The notes below the pieces were generated by a model. It saw only the letters and a list, made by a program, of their open reading frames with translations, was not told the DNA's origin and did not search any database. A stretch of 45,642 nt of DNA from a virus: positions 1-45,642 of the IMG/VR virus record IMGVR_UViG_3300045391_001310; one strand, 5' to 3'. The translations under genes and the position numbers were made by a program. Positions 29,684-38,475 of the stretch are shown in pieces; position 1 is the stretch's first letter, and each line of letters begins with the position of its first letter.

Positions 29684-31872
29684 TGGCAGAATTTTCAAAC
29701 CCAAATCAAGACATCCCATCCAACGACGATATAATTAAAGAATTAGATGAACAGAATGAGAAAGATTTTTATTCTGATTTAAAGAAAAAGAATAAGAAGT
29801 TTCTTATTTCTGGTTTATCTATATTAGAGCGAGAACGAATAGCTGAACATATTGTTGGGTTATATGAAGAAAGCAAAACTAAACATAAAGAGCTTTGTGA
29901 TCGTATTGATGAGAATGATGAAGTTTATAGAATGCGTCGTAAGCCTGTTCCTGGTGACGATGGTGACACTCCTAACTATCGTACTCCGATTTCTACTACA
30001 ACGCTTGAAGTAATCCATGCAAACATAATGAATGTATTCTTTACTCCAAAGGATATTATTCGAGTATTGCCTACCGAAGAATCAGATATCCCTAAGATTA
30101 AAAATCTCTCTATTTTCGCTAATTGGTCGTTTGATAATGAACTAAAAATATTTGAACAGGCTGACAGATTATTTCATGCCTCTAGTAAGAATGGAGAGGC
30201 TCCATATATTGTTCATTGGGTTAAAGAATATGGTGTTGAAATTAGACGTGAGCCTATCCGCAATCCTGCTAATCCTAAAGAGTTCTTATATGATGAAGAA
30301 ACCAAAGAACCTTTATATCAAGAGATTGAAGAACCTAAATTATTATTTAATGCTCCTAAATTAGAGACATTTTCTCGTAAAGATTATATTCAGCCAGAGA
30401 ATGCCATGATGGATGTAACTCCTGAATGGGAAATGAGAATGGTTAGGTTTTCTTATGATAAGTTTTTAAGAGAACAATTACAGGGGCGTATGTATGATAA
30501 GGCTATTGATGAGATCGTTGATTGGGAGCAAGGTGAGGAAGAGGCTGAAAAGCTAGATATTGATTACGATAGAATTCCTTTAGGAAAATGGAATCAAGAG
30601 TTTATTGAATTTTACGGTAGACTTAGAATTAATTTAATTAAGTCTGATGAGGCCAATGAGGTTGAAGAATACCAAGAGCTAGATGACGAGTTTATTGCAA
30701 TAGTTCATATTGAGTCTAAAACATTATGCCAGCTTCGTAAGAATAAATTCCCAATGAAGATGAGGCCGATTGGAATAGATTATTTCATACCAGATGACAC
30801 TGGCAGACGATCTGCTTTAGGAGTTATTGATTTTATGGATAGCGTTCAGAAGTGTTATGACTCTTTATATAACCAAACAGTGTTAGGTGTTATACAATCT
30901 AATAATCCTTTTGGATTTTTTACTCCATTAGGGAACATGAGAAATGAGCCAATTAAAGTTAAGAATGGATATTTATTTCCTACAGCTGATCCATCAAGCG
31001 TTAATATTGTTAAATTACCACCACCAGACGCATCTATCGAAAAAATGATGGAGTTGGTTCGTTTCTGGGCTCAGATGTTGTTTGGTATTGGTGACTATGC
31101 TGCAGGTCTTGAAAGCCAAATTGACCCATCAGCTCCTGCCAAGAAAGTTGAGGCGGTTGTTGCTCAGGGCTCTGTTCGCTTAAATATGATTATTAAGCGT
31201 AAGAATAAGACTATTCAAGACATTGCAAAGAGATGGTTTTTGTTATATCAAGACAATATGCCAGCTAATAAATATGTTCGTATTACTGGAGATAGTAAAC
31301 AAGACCCATGGAAGTTTCAAGCTATTTCAATGGAAGATTTTAACTTAAATGCTCTACCAGACTTTGAGTTAACAGGAAATATCTTAAATGCTAATAAGAC
31401 ATTAGAAGCACAAAAGAAAATAGGAACATATCAAGCTTTAATTGGTAATCCATTATTTGCTCCTGCGACCAAACAGGGTATTGCTTTGTTAATTGAGTTA
31501 ACTAAGTGGTTCTTAGATTCTATTGAAGAAACTGGATTGTCTAGGTTGTTACCAAAATCTGCTTCTGATACTATTTTCACACCAGAAGAAGAAAACGCTA
31601 GAATGTTACAGGGCGATGATATTGAGCCAGTGCAAGGTGAAGATCATGTTTATCATTTGAAAGTTCATAGAGATATGATAGCCGATCCGAATGTCGATCC
31701 TAAGATTAAAGAGCAGGTAGTATTACCTCATATGCAAGCAACGATAGATATGATGCACCAAGAGATTACTCAACAGTTGGTTATGCAACAAACAATGCAA
31801 CCATTACAAGGAGTTGAAAATGGAGGAATTGCGACGCCAGAGGCTCAAGGAATTCTTCAAGGACAGGCCTGA
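29683..31872 (+). CDS. Portal protein
   Basis: A 729-aa ORF in the canonical position after the terminase, with an acidic N-terminus and a Q-rich C-terminal barrel-like tail. The call rests on size, position and composition. Confidence 0.7.
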   Translation: MAEFSNPNQDIPSNDDIIKELDEQNEKDFYSDLKKKNKKFLISGLSILERERIAEHIVGLYEESKTKHKELCDRIDENDEVYRMRRKPVPGDDGDTPNYRTPISTTTLEVIHANIMNVFFTPKDIIRVLPTEESDIPKIKNLSIFANWSFDNELKIFEQADRLFHASSKNGEAPYIVHWVKEYGVEIRREPIRNPANPKEFLYDEETKEPLYQEIEEPKLLFNAPKLETFSRKDYIQPENAMMDVTPEWEMRMVRFSYDKFLREQLQGRMYDKAIDEIVDWEQGEEEAEKLDIDYDRIPLGKWNQEFIEFYGRLRINLIKSDEANEVEEYQELDDEFIAIVHIESKTLCQLRKNKFPMKMRPIGIDYFIPDDTGRRSALGVIDFMDSVQKCYDSLYNQTVLGVIQSNNPFGFFTPLGNMRNEPIKVKNGYLFPTADPSSVNIVKLPPPDASIEKMMELVRFWAQMLFGIGDYAAGLESQIDPSAPAKKVEAVVAQGSVRLNMIIKRKNKTIQDIAKRWFLLYQDNMPANKYVRITGDSKQDPWKFQAISMEDFNLNALPDFELTGNILNANKTLEAQKKIGTYQALIGNPLFAPATKQGIALLIELTKWFLDSIEETGLSRLLPKSASDTIFTPEEENARMLQGDDIEPVQGEDHVYHLKVHRDMIADPNVDPKIKEQVVLPHMQATIDMMHQEITQQLVMQQTMQPLQGVENGGIATPEAQGILQGQA

Positions 31873-32023
31873 TCTTTGGAAAGATATTAAAGCCGAGGTT
31901 GCTATTATGTTGTTTAGCTCTGAGTGTAGTTTAAAGTCAGTAGCTTGTAAGAGTAGAGATTTCTATGCAGGGAAATGTACAGCTTTTCAAGAGGTTATGA
32001 ATATGGAGGCTGACTATGAATGA
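31820..32023 (+). CDS. Small hypothetical protein (67 aa)
   Basis: The ATG is at 31820 (the track start is a TTG). It overlaps the portal 3' end. Confidence 0.4.
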   Translation: MEELRRQRLKEFFKDRPDLWKDIKAEVAIMLFSSECSLKSVACKSRDFYAGKCTAFQEVMNMEADYE

Positions 32024-32240
32024 TTTAAGTTTAGTATCTGAAGAGGCATTGATTAATGAATTGGCTAAAAGGAATAATTGTATTATTTATGTAGGAGTTA
32101 AAGATATTAGTCCTGTTGATAGGGTTTATTTAAGACGTTGGTTTGGAGATTCGCATAGATGTTCTGGTTTGTGTATGGATTTATCTGGGAATATTTTAGC
32201 TGAACATAATTCAAGAGAGAATCCAATAAAAGGATTTTAA
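32016..32240 (+). CDS. Small hypothetical protein (74 aa)
   Basis: An ATG-initiated ORF coupled to its neighbours. Confidence 0.5.
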   Translation: MNDLSLVSEEALINELAKRNNCIIYVGVKDISPVDRVYLRRWFGDSHRCSGLCMDLSGNILAEHNSRENPIKGF

Positions 32241-32413
32241 TGAATAAAAGCGTTGAGACTGCCATTGAGATTATTGCTTATGAGCTTGAAAGATTAGATA
32301 AGACATTTACAGGTAATATTAATTTTCAACTTAATTACCGAGAAGGTTCGGTGGGGAATATAAATAGTCAGTTAAATAAGTCTATAAAGGTGGAGGTTAG
32401 AAATGGGGTATAG
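32240..32413 (+). CDS. Small hypothetical protein (57 aa), not in the track
   Basis: Sequence MNKSVETAIEIIAYELERLDKTF..., with TAATG overlap. Confidence 0.4.
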   Translation: MNKSVETAIEIIAYELERLDKTFTGNINFQLNYREGSVGNINSQLNKSIKVEVRNGV

Positions 32414-32582
32414 TAGAGCTTCCAAGGATAGTATGAGATTAGGTGGTGGTGGAAAATTTCATAAATTAGAGGCTGAGTTAAAATCTAAAGGTGCTGAGAA
32501 TCCAGCTGCTCTCGCTGCATATATTGGACGGAAGAAATATGGTTCTAAGAAGTTTGCTTCATTGTCAAAAGGGGGTAAATAA
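32403..32582 (+). CDS. Small basic protein (59 aa) with a GGGKF..L...L...GA.NP.ALAAYIGRKKYG motif
   Basis: A GGAGG Shine-Dalgarno precedes it. I recall this motif recurring near head genes of various podophages; its function is unknown. Confidence 0.5.
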   Translation: MGYSRASKDSMRLGGGGKFHKLEAELKSKGAENPAALAAYIGRKKYGSKKFASLSKGGK

Positions 32583-32638
32583 TGTCAGGTGGGTTAAGAA
32601 AAAAACGAAGTAAAAAAAGAAAATAAAGGAGAGTTAAA

Positions 32639-33565
32639 ATGACGGCAGACCCAAACATGGTCACGGAAGAAGAGTTAATTAAAGATGTGGACATTGATGA
32701 GAATAGCAGGAAACGTCATCAAGAGTTAAGTAAGAAAACAGATAGGACTGAGGATGAGACCAAAGAACTTTCTGAACTTAAAAAAAATTACGGTAAAAAA
32801 GTACAAGAGAAAATCCAAAAGTATCGTTCTGATAGAGAGTCCGAGCGACAGCGTGCTGAAGCAGCTGAGGCTAAGGCTAAGGAATATGAAGAACGCCTTG
32901 CGAAACTTGAAAAGAATACAAAGCCGATTGAATTAAAAAGAGAAACCATTGAGGTTAATGGTAAGACTTATTACTCAGATGATGCCTTAATGCAAATGGT
33001 AGAGCGTGGTGAGATTACTAATGCCGAGGCTTTTAAACATAGTAAAGAACGAGATAAAGACGAGATAGAAGAAAGAATTACGAAGAAGATAGAGGCCAAG
33101 AATAATCAAACAGATGAGCAAAAAATTAGACAAGCAGATTTTGAAAAAGCATTCTCAGAGTCGCCAGAATGTTTTGAAAAGACACCAGATGGTAGACAAA
33201 ACCCGAAGTATGACCCTGAAAGCGCCTTGTATAAAACGGCTAATGAATTTTATGAAGGTGGCTTCAGATATAATCCAAGAGGATTAACTGAGTCTTTAAA
33301 AAAAGCAAAAGAGTTATTGGGTGTAAGGTCTAAAGTTGGTAATACTGATGACATTAGTTTATATAGTCCATCAAGCCCACAAGGTAGAAGCCAAACAATT
33401 AAGAAGGATGAAGTTCCTTTGACCAAAGAAGAAGAGGAAACTTCTTTAAGGCTTTATAGAGATATGGTAAATCCTAAAACTAATAGGCAATATACGGAAA
33501 CTGAGATATACGAAAAAGCTAAAAGAGCTAAAAACGAAAGACTTAACTCAAGGAGAGCTCAATGA
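32639..33565 (+). CDS. Scaffolding protein candidate
   Basis: A 308-aa, strongly E/K-rich helical protein between the portal and capsid genes, with an AAAGGAGAG Shine-Dalgarno. Confidence 0.6.
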   Translation: MTADPNMVTEEELIKDVDIDENSRKRHQELSKKTDRTEDETKELSELKKNYGKKVQEKIQKYRSDRESERQRAEAAEAKAKEYEERLAKLEKNTKPIELKRETIEVNGKTYYSDDALMQMVERGEITNAEAFKHSKERDKDEIEERITKKIEAKNNQTDEQKIRQADFEKAFSESPECFEKTPDGRQNPKYDPESALYKTANEFYEGGFRYNPRGLTESLKKAKELLGVRSKVGNTDDISLYSPSSPQGRSQTIKKDEVPLTKEEEETSLRLYRDMVNPKTNRQYTETEIYEKAKRAKNERLNSRRAQ

Positions 33566-34119
33566 TGGCAAAGCGTAAAGATGACGCAATAGCAGAAGTA
33601 GAAAAAGAGTTTGGTGGAAATATTGTAGATGTGAAACCAGAGCCTAAAGTTAATAAAGAATATACTTTAGAAATTGTTAAAGATTATGACGGTTCTATTG
33701 ATATTTGGCATTTATCTAACAAAGACCCTAATTATGAATATCGTTGGTTAAGATATGAAGAAAAGAACTTGTCTATGAAGACGAGTAACTATTTACATGA
33801 CCGTGGTGGGTGGCAAATCTGTCCTAAAGAACATCTTTTAAGATTAAAGATTATTCGAGGAGAGAAAGAGCTTCATCCAGACGGAACATTACGAAGAGGC
33901 GAGAACGTATTAGCGTTTATGCCAAAAGACCTCTACAAATCAAAAGAGGAAAAGAAAAGAAAGATAGCGAATGATCGTATGGACAGTATCCGCCGAATGG
34001 TTAAAAAAGGCGATCAAAAACCAGGCGTTCATTCTTCTATGAAAGGCCTCCAGACAGCAGGAGACCTTGGAATGGGTACTACAGGAAATATATCAGTATC
34101 TTCCGAAGAAGAAGGATAA
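33562..34119 (+). CDS. Hypothetical head-module protein (185 aa)
   Basis: ATGATG overlap with the scaffold gene. No catalytic motif was recognised. Confidence 0.5.
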   Translation: MMAKRKDDAIAEVEKEFGGNIVDVKPEPKVNKEYTLEIVKDYDGSIDIWHLSNKDPNYEYRWLRYEEKNLSMKTSNYLHDRGGWQICPKEHLLRLKIIRGEKELHPDGTLRRGENVLAFMPKDLYKSKEEKKRKIANDRMDSIRRMVKKGDQKPGVHSSMKGLQTAGDLGMGTTGNISVSSEEEG

Positions 34120-34150
34120 TTTAAAGTAGTAATTGGTAAGTCTAAAACAG

Positions 34151-34190
34151 ACCCCTAAGCTCAATAATCACCGAGTGTAGGGGTTTTTTT
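34151..34190 (+). terminator. Rho-independent terminator
   Basis: The stem ACCCCTA..GCTC / GAGTG..TAGGGGT is followed by seven T residues (34184-34190). Confidence 0.65.
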
Positions 34191-34213
34191 ATTAATTAAG
34201 GGAGGATATAAGA

Positions 34214-34768
34214 ATGGCTAGTCAAAAAGGTTTCTGGCCTATTGATCGTGATCCGCATACTGAGTTAATGGTTGATGTTGATTCAGCTAATGGAGCAGCG
34301 ATTTATGTAGGCGATTTAGTTTCAGTAGTAGCTGCAGGGACAGTTAATGCTTCTACGGCTGGAGATGCAAATATTGTATTAGGGTCTGTATTGGCTGTTT
34401 ACGATTCAAACGGTAATTCAGCTGGTCATCCTAATGGGTCATTGAGTACAAAATATTTGCCTGCTTCAACGGCTGGAAAAGTATTAGTTGCTCTAGCAAT
34501 TCCAGGACGACGTTTTAGAGCTCAATCAGCAACAGCTTTAACATCTGCTGCTCGTTTTGCTTCTTCAGATCACGTTGTAGGATCTGGTAGTTCGACTACA
34601 GGATTAAGCGCATCTACAGTTAATGGTGCTGATCTTAACTCTGGTGGTCAAGTTTTTATCGTTGATTTATACCCTGAACCAGGTAACAGTTATGGTGCAA
34701 ACCAAAGTTTAATTGTTATCTTTAATGAAGGTTATTTAATGGGTACAGGAAAATCAACAGGTATTTAA
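34214..34768 (+). CDS. Capsid decoration / auxiliary head protein candidate
   Basis: It has a strong Shine-Dalgarno (AAGGGAGG). It is a 184-aa A/S/G/V-rich beta-type sequence (..IYVGDLVSVVAAGTV...VLGSVLAV..) immediately upstream of the major capsid gene. Confidence 0.4.
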   Translation: MASQKGFWPIDRDPHTELMVDVDSANGAAIYVGDLVSVVAAGTVNASTAGDANIVLGSVLAVYDSNGNSAGHPNGSLSTKYLPASTAGKVLVALAIPGRRFRAQSATALTSAARFASSDHVVGSGSSTTGLSASTVNGADLNSGGQVFIVDLYPEPGNSYGANQSLIVIFNEGYLMGTGKSTGI

Positions 34769-34796
34769 CATAATTAATTAATCGGAGGAAATATAG

Positions 34797-35699
34797 ATGT
34801 CTATTAATTCCAGCACAATAGTAGATGCTTTAGATGCAAACCTGAATGAAATGTTTCAGGATGGTCTAAAGAGCTGGGGCAATGAATTTGAGAAGATTTT
34901 TAACGTACTTACTTCAGATAAACAATCTGAAAAAGATAGTTATGAATCTGGTTTCGGTTCTATGCCTCAAAAGAATGAAGGTGTTTCAGCAACCTATGAT
35001 GTAATTTTGCCAGGTATTAAAAAGGTTTATACTCATGCAACATATGCATTAGGTTATGAAATTACCGAAGAAGCCGTTGAAGATAATCTTCGTACGCCAG
35101 AAACTTTTAACAAGTTACCTCAAGCACTTAATCGTGCTGGTCAGGAAACTGTTGAAGTTACGGCTGCGAATGTCTTTAATAATGGTTTTTCAACAACTGG
35201 CTTTGATGGTAAAGCCTTATTTGCCACAGATCACCCTAATCTTGGTGGTGGTACGCAATCAAATACACCTTCAACGCAAGCTGACTTATCTGTTACATCA
35301 TTAACAGCTGGGTTAACTGCTATTGAAGGTTTCACAGATGAGCGTGGTTTAAAAAGACCAACTAAAGCTGTTATGTTGGCAGTACCTGTAAACTCTTGGA
35401 ACATTGCAGAAGAGTTATTAAAGTCTGAATATAAGCCTTATACGGCTAATAACGAAGTCAATGCTATTCAAGCAAAAGACTTACGTTATTTCGTATGGCA
35501 TTATTTAACAGATACTGACGCATGGTTTTTACTTTCTGAGAAGAGCGAACATATGTTGAAGTTCTTCTGGAGAGTTAAACTAGGTGCTTTACGACGTGGA
35601 ACAGATTTTGATTCTACGAACTTAAAGCATTTAGCTCGTATGCGTTTCTCAGTAGGTTATAGTCATTGGATGGGTACTTATGGTTCTTCTGGAGCCTAA
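34797..35699 (+). CDS. Major capsid protein (HK97 fold; Mu gpT-like size and N-terminus)
   Basis: It has a GGAGGA Shine-Dalgarno and is 300 aa long. The N-terminus MSINSSTIVDALDANLNEMFQDGLK... resembles gpT-type capsid proteins. The position also fits. Confidence 0.75.
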   Translation: MSINSSTIVDALDANLNEMFQDGLKSWGNEFEKIFNVLTSDKQSEKDSYESGFGSMPQKNEGVSATYDVILPGIKKVYTHATYALGYEITEEAVEDNLRTPETFNKLPQALNRAGQETVEVTAANVFNNGFSTTGFDGKALFATDHPNLGGGTQSNTPSTQADLSVTSLTAGLTAIEGFTDERGLKRPTKAVMLAVPVNSWNIAEELLKSEYKPYTANNEVNAIQAKDLRYFVWHYLTDTDAWFLLSEKSEHMLKFFWRVKLGALRRGTDFDSTNLKHLARMRFSVGYSHWMGTYGSSGA

Positions 35700-35714
35700 A
35701 AAGGAGCTAAAAAG

Positions 35715-36068
35715 ATGAAAAAAATAGTCTTAGTTATTTTAGCTCTTTTATCAACTGTTGGTATTGTTTATGCTCAAGTTTCCAATGGACGAAACCCTGC
35801 TATTAGTAATACTACCTATGAGGGTAAGACTGGTTTTACTCAAGTAGGAATACAGGGTTTGGATGTTCAAGGTAATCCTGGGTATTTAGAACTTGAAGGA
35901 GTTTCTACAAAATCAGGTACTAGATATACTTATTATCTTTGGGTAGATGAACTTGGAAAATTTCGTATAGCTTCTTATGCGGACGTTTCTGTTTATGCTA
36001 GTTTCCCAAATGGAGATTGGAACCGTGGTGGAATGCCTGTTGGAACAGTTGTTGGTGGTCAGAGCTAA
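35715..36068 (+). CDS. Secreted small protein encoded directly after the capsid gene
   Basis: It has an AAGGAG Shine-Dalgarno and the N-terminus MKKIVLVILALLSTVGIVYA|QV. Confidence 0.6.
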   Translation: MKKIVLVILALLSTVGIVYAQVSNGRNPAISNTTYEGKTGFTQVGIQGLDVQGNPGYLELEGVSTKSGTRYTYYLWVDELGKFRIASYADVSVYASFPNGDWNRGGMPVGTVVGGQS

Positions 36069-36080
36069 AGTAAAGGATTC

Positions 36081-36101
36081 GGGAGGCCTAATAAGCCTCC
36101 C
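36081..36101 (+). promoter_or_regulatory. GC-rich hairpin (GGGAGGC, 7-nt loop, GCCTCCC) without a T-tract
   Basis: It lies between the capsid block and the WaaL-like gene, so it may act as an attenuator or an RNA-stability element. Confidence 0.5.
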
Positions 36102-36109
36102 AACCCCTT

Positions 36110-37315
36110 ATGAAAATATTAAAAGAAAAAGATAAAACATTTTGGCTTGTTTTTGGAGCACTTATTACTGTTCCATTATCTTCTTGTTTAAAGATCGGCC
36201 CAGATGTTTGGTATTCTCAGGTTATATGGTTATTGGGTGTTCTCTGTGTTGGTATAGCATTAGAGCTTTGGAAATTTAATAAATATTTGTCAATATTTAA
36301 TATCGTTTTAATTTATTCTACTTTAGTTACTGCAAATCAAGGGTTAAGGTCTATATTTTATTTGTTTATAACTAGCATTGCCTTTCTTGCTTCTTATAAG
36401 ATAAGTTTGTTTAATAAAAAGCAAAGAGAATATTTGATTTATGCGATATTAGCAGTATTTTGTTTACAAGCGTTGTGGGTCATTTTACAGAAATTTAATT
36501 TAGACCCAATATTTAGTTATATAGATAATCCTGCATTAGACAATACCGTAGGGTTTTCTGGTAGCAGAAACCAAATAGGTTTATTTTTTGCTATTACATC
36601 TCCATTGGTTATTGCATTAGCGCCAATATTATTGCCTTTTACTATTATAGGATTATGGTTTTCTGCAACGACATCAGCTTTTGTAGCTTTTATCGTAGCT
36701 GGATTTGTTTATACTTCATTTTATTTAAAGCATTTAAGAATAGGTTTTGTTCTAATGACTATTTTAGCTACTATTATTTTCTTTTTAAAATATGAAAACT
36801 TTTCAATAGAATCTTATAAAGAAAGATTTGGATTAATTAAACATAGCGTTAATGAGATTATGACTGGAAAAGCTTTAATGAAACAGGACATGACTGAGCT
36901 AGATGGTAAGAAAATAACTAAGTTTACTGAGATTACGACTAATTTTATGCAAGGATATGGATTAGGAAATTTTATTAGAGTATCTCCATATACTCAATGG
37001 AAGTTTATGGATATTTATAAGGAAGGTGGTAATCCTCAGCATAGATATGAGCATATGCACAATGATTATTTTGAAATATTTTATGAGACAGGATTGGCTG
37101 GTTTTGTTTCTATGTTGTTTTTATTGTGGAACTTTTTCTTAGAGTTTATTAAGTCTAACAAAACTAAGTTAATGATTATTTCTTTTTGTTGTATTTTAGC
37201 TCAGATGGTTTCTGCACTAGGTATTTATACTGTTTATACCGCTGTTTCTGGGGTTTTGTTTATAGTTCTATATGGGATATTTAAGGGGGAAGAGAGGGAT
37301 TTATTATGTCATTAG
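36110..37315 (+). CDS. O-antigen ligase family (WaaL / PglL / Wzy_C-type) polytopic membrane protein
   Basis: It has about 10 TM segments and a large loop that ends in the family signature EHMHNDYFEIFYETGLAGF (H-x-H-N....E.G..G). No obvious Shine-Dalgarno is present. Confidence 0.7.
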   Translation: MKILKEKDKTFWLVFGALITVPLSSCLKIGPDVWYSQVIWLLGVLCVGIALELWKFNKYLSIFNIVLIYSTLVTANQGLRSIFYLFITSIAFLASYKISLFNKKQREYLIYAILAVFCLQALWVILQKFNLDPIFSYIDNPALDNTVGFSGSRNQIGLFFAITSPLVIALAPILLPFTIIGLWFSATTSAFVAFIVAGFVYTSFYLKHLRIGFVLMTILATIIFFLKYENFSIESYKERFGLIKHSVNEIMTGKALMKQDMTELDGKKITKFTEITTNFMQGYGLGNFIRVSPYTQWKFMDIYKEGGNPQHRYEHMHNDYFEIFYETGLAGFVSMLFLLWNFFLEFIKSNKTKLMIISFCCILAQMVSALGIYTVYTAVSGVLFIVLYGIFKGEERDLLCH

Positions 37316-37380
37316 AAGATAATTGTGGTTGCTGATATTTCAGCTAAGGCAGAATTAGAAAATAATAAAGAAATAAAATA

Positions 37381-38475
37381 ATGGCAACACATATTACTAA
37401 CGCAACCCAATTACAGAATATGAATCTTAATTTAACGGAAAATTATATTCTTGATAATGATATTGATTTAACTGGGGTTATTTGGACTCCTATAGGATCT
37501 GTTTCGCCATTCTTTTTTAGCGGTTCGCTTGATGGACAAGGATTTACAATTAGAAATTTAACAATAAATAATCCATCTGGGCTTGGAGGGTTATTTGATA
37601 CCCTTGGAGATGACTCCCCAGAAGTTTTTGCAACAATAAGTAATCTAAAATTAGAAAATTTTAACTTTACTGTTAACACCTTTTCAGGGGCATTAGCTGG
37701 AAGAACAATAAGAGCAACCTTAAATAATATATATGTTAATGATTTTGAAATTATACCATCTGATGATTCTCCAAGTTATTTAGGGGGATTAGTTGGTTAC
37801 ATGGCGGGTGGATCAACTAACCATACAACATTAAATGGTTATTATGCTGAGAATATAACTTTAGGTGGGGATGAATTTATAGGAGGAATTGCAGGGTACT
37901 CTCAGTATCTTGATTATCAAAAATGTTCTGTTAATAATTTATTAATTACAATTAGCGGAGATGATAGGTATGCAATAGCTGGATTAATCGGAGATTGCAA
38001 TTTTTCAACAGGGATAGATTGTTATGTTAACGGAGATATAAATGATGGTGGTGTATCTATTGGAGGATTGATAGGTAATTTAAGCAGTTCAGAGTTAAAA
38101 AATTCTTATTCAAACATTGCGATGACATCTTCAGCTACTGAAAAAGATTTGATAGGCGGTATTTGTGGGTTTATTGATACAGATAGTTTATTAAGAAATT
38201 GTTATTCGGTTGGGATTATTAGCATGACTGGTAATTTTATTGGAGGAGCTATTGGGCAAATAAATGGTACTCCGACCATTAACAATATTGCATGGTTTAC
38301 TGATTCTTTCACATATGCAATAGGTAAATACCCAACTGGTACAAATGCTATGTTACAAGCCTTGGGATATGGAACAGACGAACCAGATAACACACAATTT
38401 CAAAATGACGTACATCATGCGGTTTATGCACAGGGAACGGCTAATCAATGGGATTTTGAAAGGACGCAGAGTTAA
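37381..38475 (+). CDS. GLUG-repeat beta-helical protein (tail spike / adhesin-like), paralogue 1
   Basis: The N-terminus is I.NA.QLQNMNLNL.ENYILDNDIDLTG..W.PIG...F.G.LDGQGFTI.NL. It has repeated (I/L)GG(L/I)(V/I/A)G units. Confidence 0.6.
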   Translation: MATHITNATQLQNMNLNLTENYILDNDIDLTGVIWTPIGSVSPFFFSGSLDGQGFTIRNLTINNPSGLGGLFDTLGDDSPEVFATISNLKLENFNFTVNTFSGALAGRTIRATLNNIYVNDFEIIPSDDSPSYLGGLVGYMAGGSTNHTTLNGYYAENITLGGDEFIGGIAGYSQYLDYQKCSVNNLLITISGDDRYAIAGLIGDCNFSTGIDCYVNGDINDGGVSIGGLIGNLSSSELKNSYSNIAMTSSATEKDLIGGICGFIDTDSLLRNCYSVGIISMTGNFIGGAIGQINGTPTINNIAWFTDSFTYAIGKYPTGTNAMLQALGYGTDEPDNTQFQNDVHHAVYAQGTANQWDFERTQS

